In this document: positions 59,246 through 64,000 of the stretch, piece after piece | Layout: each line of letters begins with the position of its first letter | Position numbering within the stretch: position 1 is the first letter of the stretch | Source: Eledone cirrhosa | Lineage: Eukaryota | Length of the DNA stretch: 64,000 bases | NCBI GenBank assembly: GCA_964016885.1 | Contig: OZ024742.1 | Coordinates: 229,152,001-229,216,000, forward strand | Direction: 5' to 3' | The notes under the pieces: model-generated | The model's input: only the letters and a program-made list of their open reading frames with translations | The model's database searches: none | Told to the model about the DNA's origin: nothing | Translations under genes and position numbers: made by a program

Positions 59246-60433
59246 GTAATCATATATATATATATATGAGATGAACGAATGGTACTTAACTAATGTATTG
59301 GTACGCGATGGGGCCCACCCACAGCCCCGGCGGACAGAATGGAGAAGGCGTTTCCCCGGAGGACGGCAAGGGAGACACGCTTGAAAAGCCACTCCAACTC
59401 GCGGGGCTCACACCTACGGCTGGCCAGCACAGCGCCTATGATGGTGAGTAAGGAGGTAGCCCTGGGGCCGAGGACACCAGAAGCCTCCACTGCCAGGGGA
59501 ACGACCGCAAACCTGTCGGAGAGCAACCGGTATTTGAGGAGTTCAGCCCCCTCAGCCCGACGTGCAGCAGAACCTGGGTCAGTCGCAGACTGCACCAGGT
59601 TGCGGCTGCAGAAAGTGTCGGTACAAGTGGCATCCCAGACGAGGGGTTTGCCACCGCGGAACGGGAAGATGGTTATGCCATCTGGCCTTTTGCCGTCCAC
59701 TCGATCCAGCGCCACCGGCTCGATCTGGGAAGGGAAGCCTGCAGCGTCCAAGCTATGCTTAATGACCTAGTTGAGGGCAGTATGGCGTGGAATGCGGCCG
59801 GCACTGTGGCGACAGGAAAGCGGGTGGAGGCCGAAAGAGTCCACGGTGGAACCGCAGCGACATTGGTGTGGCTGGCAGATCCGGAGGCCGAGCCTCATGG
59901 AAACGCCGATTCGCAGGCTATGGTTGTCTAGCTGCGTGCCAGTGGAGAAGGAGGGCAGAGCATGGAGCCAGGCACCACTGTGGGGTTTGGAGGCCGCACA
60001 AAAACAAGCAAGGCGGTGCTGGTCGAGCTGGCGCGTGCGCCTGTCTGAGGCCAGGCTGCACTGGATGGCATCCCAAGTGCGTTGGGGGGGGGGACTTGAC
60101 GTCAACAGGGGGAGAAGGAGGAGGGACGGCTACTGAGCTAAGTCCCAGCCTGTCCCACGATTCACAGGCGGCCTCACGTTCTCTGAACACAGAGGGTTCT
60201 GTTCTGTTTTGAAGAACCCTGCTGACGAGGACGCGGCACGAGGTTACTGACGAAAGATACGCCGGCAAAGCTAGTGAGATTGGGGACCGGAGGCCTAGGC
60301 CGCCATACCTGACAGGTAAAGTGGCCTGTTGCCACACTATGTCGTCAAACTTGACGTTGCATATCCCCTCGGCTGCTGCTCGGATACAAGTATAGAGGTC
60401 AGCGAGGAGAGATGTCTGGGTGTAGCATGGAGC
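59246..60433 (-). mobile_element. 5'-truncated CRE-like non-LTR retrotransposon (post-RT region, zinc knuckle, restriction-like endonuclease), disrupted
   Basis: Motifs LPVRYGGLGL, SGAWLHALP, CxCG..H..SC, RH.ALN, DGKRPDG..WDATC, VPLAVE.SG, RGNA. Frameshift at the G10 run 60084-60093, in-frame TAG at 59767-59769, stop at 59290. (TA)n tail near 59252-59266; flanking direct repeat GCTGCAAAG. Confidence 0.88.
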
Positions 60434-60486
60434 GCTGCAAAGTATGTTGTCCGATGCTCTACCGATACTGCCAATTCACTGCCCTT
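60434..60486 (-). mobile_element. SINE right part (tRNA-like head) beyond the CRE-like insertion
   Basis: GCTGCAAAGTATGTTGTCCGATGCTCTACCGATACTGCCAATTCACTGCCCT matches 52206-52243. Confidence 0.75.
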
Positions 60487-60678
60487 TGCTCCAGTCTATA
60501 ATAAAATAACATATAAATCAAAATCAGATACTAGCTAAATATATCTTTAACAATATGACAATTGATAAATAATTTGAAATGCGTGCATACGTTTTATATT
60601 GCGTAGAATTGCTGAATTATAATATAATGGTAATTGTTAGATAAAGTGAATGTTTTACAATCTGGAATTGAATGGACC

Positions 60679-60850
60679 TTCGTCGGTTTTGTCGATGGGT
60701 GTTCCTGTTTATCGATCAATGGAACATCCTACTCATGCAATTAAGGTGTAAGTGACTGAGGATTTCATAGAGACTTGTTCCCTTAACATAATTTTCTGTG
60801 TAATCCAGCTTGACACAGGCTGTTCCTTTGAATTACATGTGCAGTCGATT
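60679..60850 (-). mobile_element. 3' half of a second SINE family
   Basis: Reverse-complement similarity to 63020-63170 (e.g. CCCTTAACATAATTTTC vs GAGAACTATGTTACGGG; CTTTGAATTA vs TAATTCAAAG). Confidence 0.65.
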
Positions 60851-60897
60851 CCTATCCATCTAATTCCACTCCCAAGTGGAATTAGATGGATAGGAAT
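60848..60897. repeat. Perfect 23-bp inverted repeat with 4-nt loop
   Basis: ATTCCTATCCATCTAATTCCACT-CCCA-AGTGGAATTAGATGGATAGGAAT. Confidence 0.95.
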
Positions 60898-62000
60898 GTT
60901 GCAAGAGGTTCTGTGGATCAAACAATATAACTATGTCACTGTAGAATACTCAGACAGTAGAGTGGCAGGCAAACACGATTAGAGCATTTAATTTCACCCT
61001 GCACTTGCAAATGGAATCTTGTCACTGATACAAATGAATTGTTCCCAGAAGTCCATGGCTTTAAGGTTTTGAAATTTTATAATTGAATTGTAGAAGTTTA
61101 CAATGTCTAACTGAGTAAATCTACAGTCTACTTCATTCTCGACAACAGTAAGTCAGTTGATGAAGGGTTGCTGGAGTCGTCTTGGAGATTAAACTACTCA
61201 TCCTTCTAATACCGGAGGTGTTGGCGTCGAGAAAACTAACTCAGCCTATTTCAACTGTAGAGGAATTCGTTAGCCTGCATTGGAGAAACAGTTGAGTACA
61301 TACAAAGGCTAGTGCCGGAAAATGACAATTGGGCTAGATGTGGTCGTTAAATTGTAATTTTATTCATGCGGTAGTCTCATAGCTCATCACATGAAAAAAA
61401 CTATTCTCGCTGATCATTCAACACTGCCCGCAGAAACATTAATCAGCCAATGAAATAGAATGGTATGAAACTTCAACGACTTCGACAATAAATGGTACAA
61501 TTGGTCGATCAAGGGAGGAGCCTGATCATGAAATCAACTTGGAGTAAATTCATCGCGGCAGTGTGTAACATATCTGCCTATTTTCTTAATTTCAACAACA
61601 ATTCTTCCGATGGGTCTCGAAACAGTATTCGTCTATTAAATTTCACTCATAAGGCATACGGCATAGATGAACGCGATGTATGGAAAATGATGCTTTCCCA
61701 AGATTTCAGGCAAGGTGGTCGAACCCGGGACCTAATTATTATAAAGCGGACTTAAACACTCATCTATGTTGCATCACCAATCAATAGACACTCTTCAAAA
61801 TCTGAAGGCTAACGCAACTGAAGACCTCGATGTGTTTGGTTAAATCACATGAAATTAATGGTAATACACTGTTGAATTATACTATTATTACGTATATTTA
61901 GCTTGCACTTGTAGCCGTACTCCCACACTGACTACACACATACGTACACATACACACATATGTAAATGTAAGTATGTATTGAATATCGATATATATATAT

Positions 62001-62106
62001 ATAGGAAAATGTATGACCCCGACGGCAGAGCTCAAGCCGTTTCGACGGCTATTTATAGCCGTCGAAACGGCTTTAGCTCTGCCGTCGCGGTCAAACATTT
62101 TTCTAT
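62001..62106. repeat. ~52-bp-arm palindrome composed of two inverted hammerhead 3' halves
   Basis: Arms 62001-62052 and 62055-62106 with 4 mismatches. Right arm reads GACGGCTAT-TT-ATAGCCGTC GAAA CGGC TTTAGCTCT GCCG TC. Lies in an ~180-bp insert between (TA)n tracts. Confidence 0.85.
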
Positions 62107-62182
62107 TGCCCACTCCACTACCCTAAGTATTGAGTACTCTGGTGTGTTATGGTCCATCTCGTTCCTTACCACTCTTCCTTCG

Positions 62183-62183
<1 letters not shown>

Positions 62184-62273
<90 letters not shown>

Positions 62274-62343
62274 TTTGTGTGTGTGATTATGAATGTAAGT
62301 ATACATACATATATATATACATACATACATATATATATATATA
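62184..62343. repeat. Compound (TA)n(TG)n and (TACA)/(TA) microsatellite
   Basis: Direct reading. Confidence 0.95.
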
Positions 62344-62884
62344 AAGAATAAAATTAAAACACATGATACTGGATTATAACAGCATTACATTTTATACACA
62401 TTTAATCATTTTAAAATATTGTAATAATTCAGTATTCTGCAAATTGTAAATAGGACTTTGAATATAATGATAATTATTGAAACAGCAAATGAAATTTTCT
62501 ATAAAAATAAATTGGTCTGTGTTTATTTAATATTACTTACGAGTTTATGTCTAAAATTTGATATCAATCTATAATTTATGGCAGAAATTAAACGATACAA
62601 ATTTATAAAAAAACCTGTTCGATAATAACTTTGTTAACTTTTAATTGTATCACAAGTAAGATGCTAGAAAATGTTATACATGTTATGCGCTAGTTACTGT
62701 AATACTATTTATATTACTAAATTATAAACAGATATTTCTTAAGTAATTTACTTTCTCTAGTAGGGAAAAAAATGGTTGAATATTGATTCATATTTAGTAT
62801 AGATAGCAGCTTCATTATACATATATCTATAGCATAGAATCTTCTATTACTAACATTTAAATATGATATAATTGATTATTGAGA

Positions 62885-63175
62885 AGGGACATGGTTTAAT
62901 GGGTTAAGGTGTTCCGTTCACGTTTGTAAGAACATAAGTTCTGTTCTCGGTAGCACATTCTGTCCTTGAACAAGACACTTTATTTCACGTTGTTCCATTC
63001 CACTCAGCTGGTAAAAACGAATTGTACCACCTCTAATTCAAAGAGCCCGCCTTGTTACACACTGTGTCACGATGAATCATTCTGAGAACTATGTTACGGG
63101 TGCATGTGTCTCAGGAATGTTCAGCCATTTGCTGTTCCGTTGTTACCATAACTGTGACACTCGTCATCAGAGGTC
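62885..63175 (+). mobile_element. tRNA-derived SINE with CORE-like segment, degenerate
   Basis: A-box-like TGGTTTAATGGGTTAAG head, then TGTCCTTGAACAAGACACTT..CCACTCAGCTGGTAAAAA (CORE-like), ending near a short A run. Confidence 0.7.
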
Positions 63176-63359
63176 CAAAAAAAAGTTGATTGTATCTTCT
63201 TGTGACGGTAAACTCTGCTAGTTGTAGACTGCGCATCAACATGATATATTTTTTCCTACAAAGTTCGATCACCAGCAGCAGAGTTTAAAGAGCAAAGATC
63301 AAGTCCAGTCCATAAGTTGACATTATCAAGCCATCATTATGGCTGACGGCCTCTGCTTC

Positions 63360-63700
63360 GATTACCAGGCAACCTTCTTTCCAGGAATATAGAATACCTT
63401 TCGATATAGAATACCATTTTTAACGATTTCTTTCATATATTTGACATTTCCCAAGTTGTTGTTCACCTCCAACAGAAACCTTTGGAATGTCCTGGTTTAT
63501 GTTACCTTCTGGTGGAGTTCAACGAATAGTAGTCAGCTTTGCTATGTCTGTCTGGTGTTATAGTAGATGGTATGAACTGAAATACTTCGCTGTTACTTCA
63601 TTTCTTTCCGTTCCGCTTTGCATCTATAGTATTAAAGCTGGTATATCTGTAGCGTAAGGAGTCTGCCAAGCTGGAGAGGGGGTGGCAAGTGTGTGGGAGT
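63360..63700 (-). mobile_element. Possible highly decayed RTE-like LINE fragment
   Basis: Minus-strand translation DIAKLTTIR*TPPEG weakly resembles the RTE 'W.P..G.R..GRP' C-terminal region. Boundaries are approximate. Confidence 0.3.
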
Positions 63701-64000
63701 AGGAGAGGATGAAAGATAGATATTACGCAATTTACAATTGCACATCCTCAGCAGGTTAACGCTGTTCATACTAGCGTGTACTGCTCCGATAATAAATCTA
63801 GCTGTCCTACGCTGTCATGAAACGTGACCTGTAAAAATACATATATACGAGTGCAGTGCTGTGATTATTTCTTCTATCTTTCGCTTTGTCCCTTTTTCTC
63901 TTTCTGTTTCCTTTCGGTTGTATTCCAGCCTGGGGAGTGATGGGCTTCTTCAAGTTTTTATATATCCAAGATACGGCACGTGTCAGGACTGCGCTTCTAT

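Noticed and set aside
59339-60538. Overlapping plus-strand and alternate-frame ORFs
   Set aside because: Stop-poor shadows of the GC-rich CRE-like fragment.
61819-61862. CTGAAGA...GAAA TTAA TG as a hammerhead
   Set aside because: Five unpaired nt before stem II, G at the cleavage position and no stem I.
60733-62344. ORFs at 60733, 60752, 61492, 61898 and 61979
   Set aside because: They span SINE, palindrome or microsatellite DNA, or show no recognisable motif.
63160-63176. Minus-strand CTGATGA as a hammerhead core
   Set aside because: No stem II or GAAA downstream; it lies in a SINE tail.

Overview
Eukaryotic, AT-rich genomic DNA with no intact host gene. The SINEs resemble, from recall, octopus/cephalopod families, so the host assignment is inference. 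Bases 1-~50,856 are one head-to-tail satellite array (64-bp monomer with a 66-bp variant, roughly 790 copies). It contains kb-scale block duplications and a layered distribution of variants. The last ~13 kb is a transposon-rich flank: MITEs, tRNA-derived SINEs, RTE and CRE-like LINE remnants, a Helitron-like end and long hairpins. The most notable part is a nest of (TA)n-embedded elements carrying hammerhead ribozymes (HHRs), none visible in the ORF track. It comprises a 324-nt retrozyme-like unit (HHR, predicted pseudoknot, octamer/TATA motifs, 22-bp terminal redundancy), a decayed Penelope-like element (RT + C-terminal GIY-YIG) with a 3' HHR, two more HHR-bearing fragments on the opposite strand, and a fold-back palindrome built from the 3' half of a fifth HHR.
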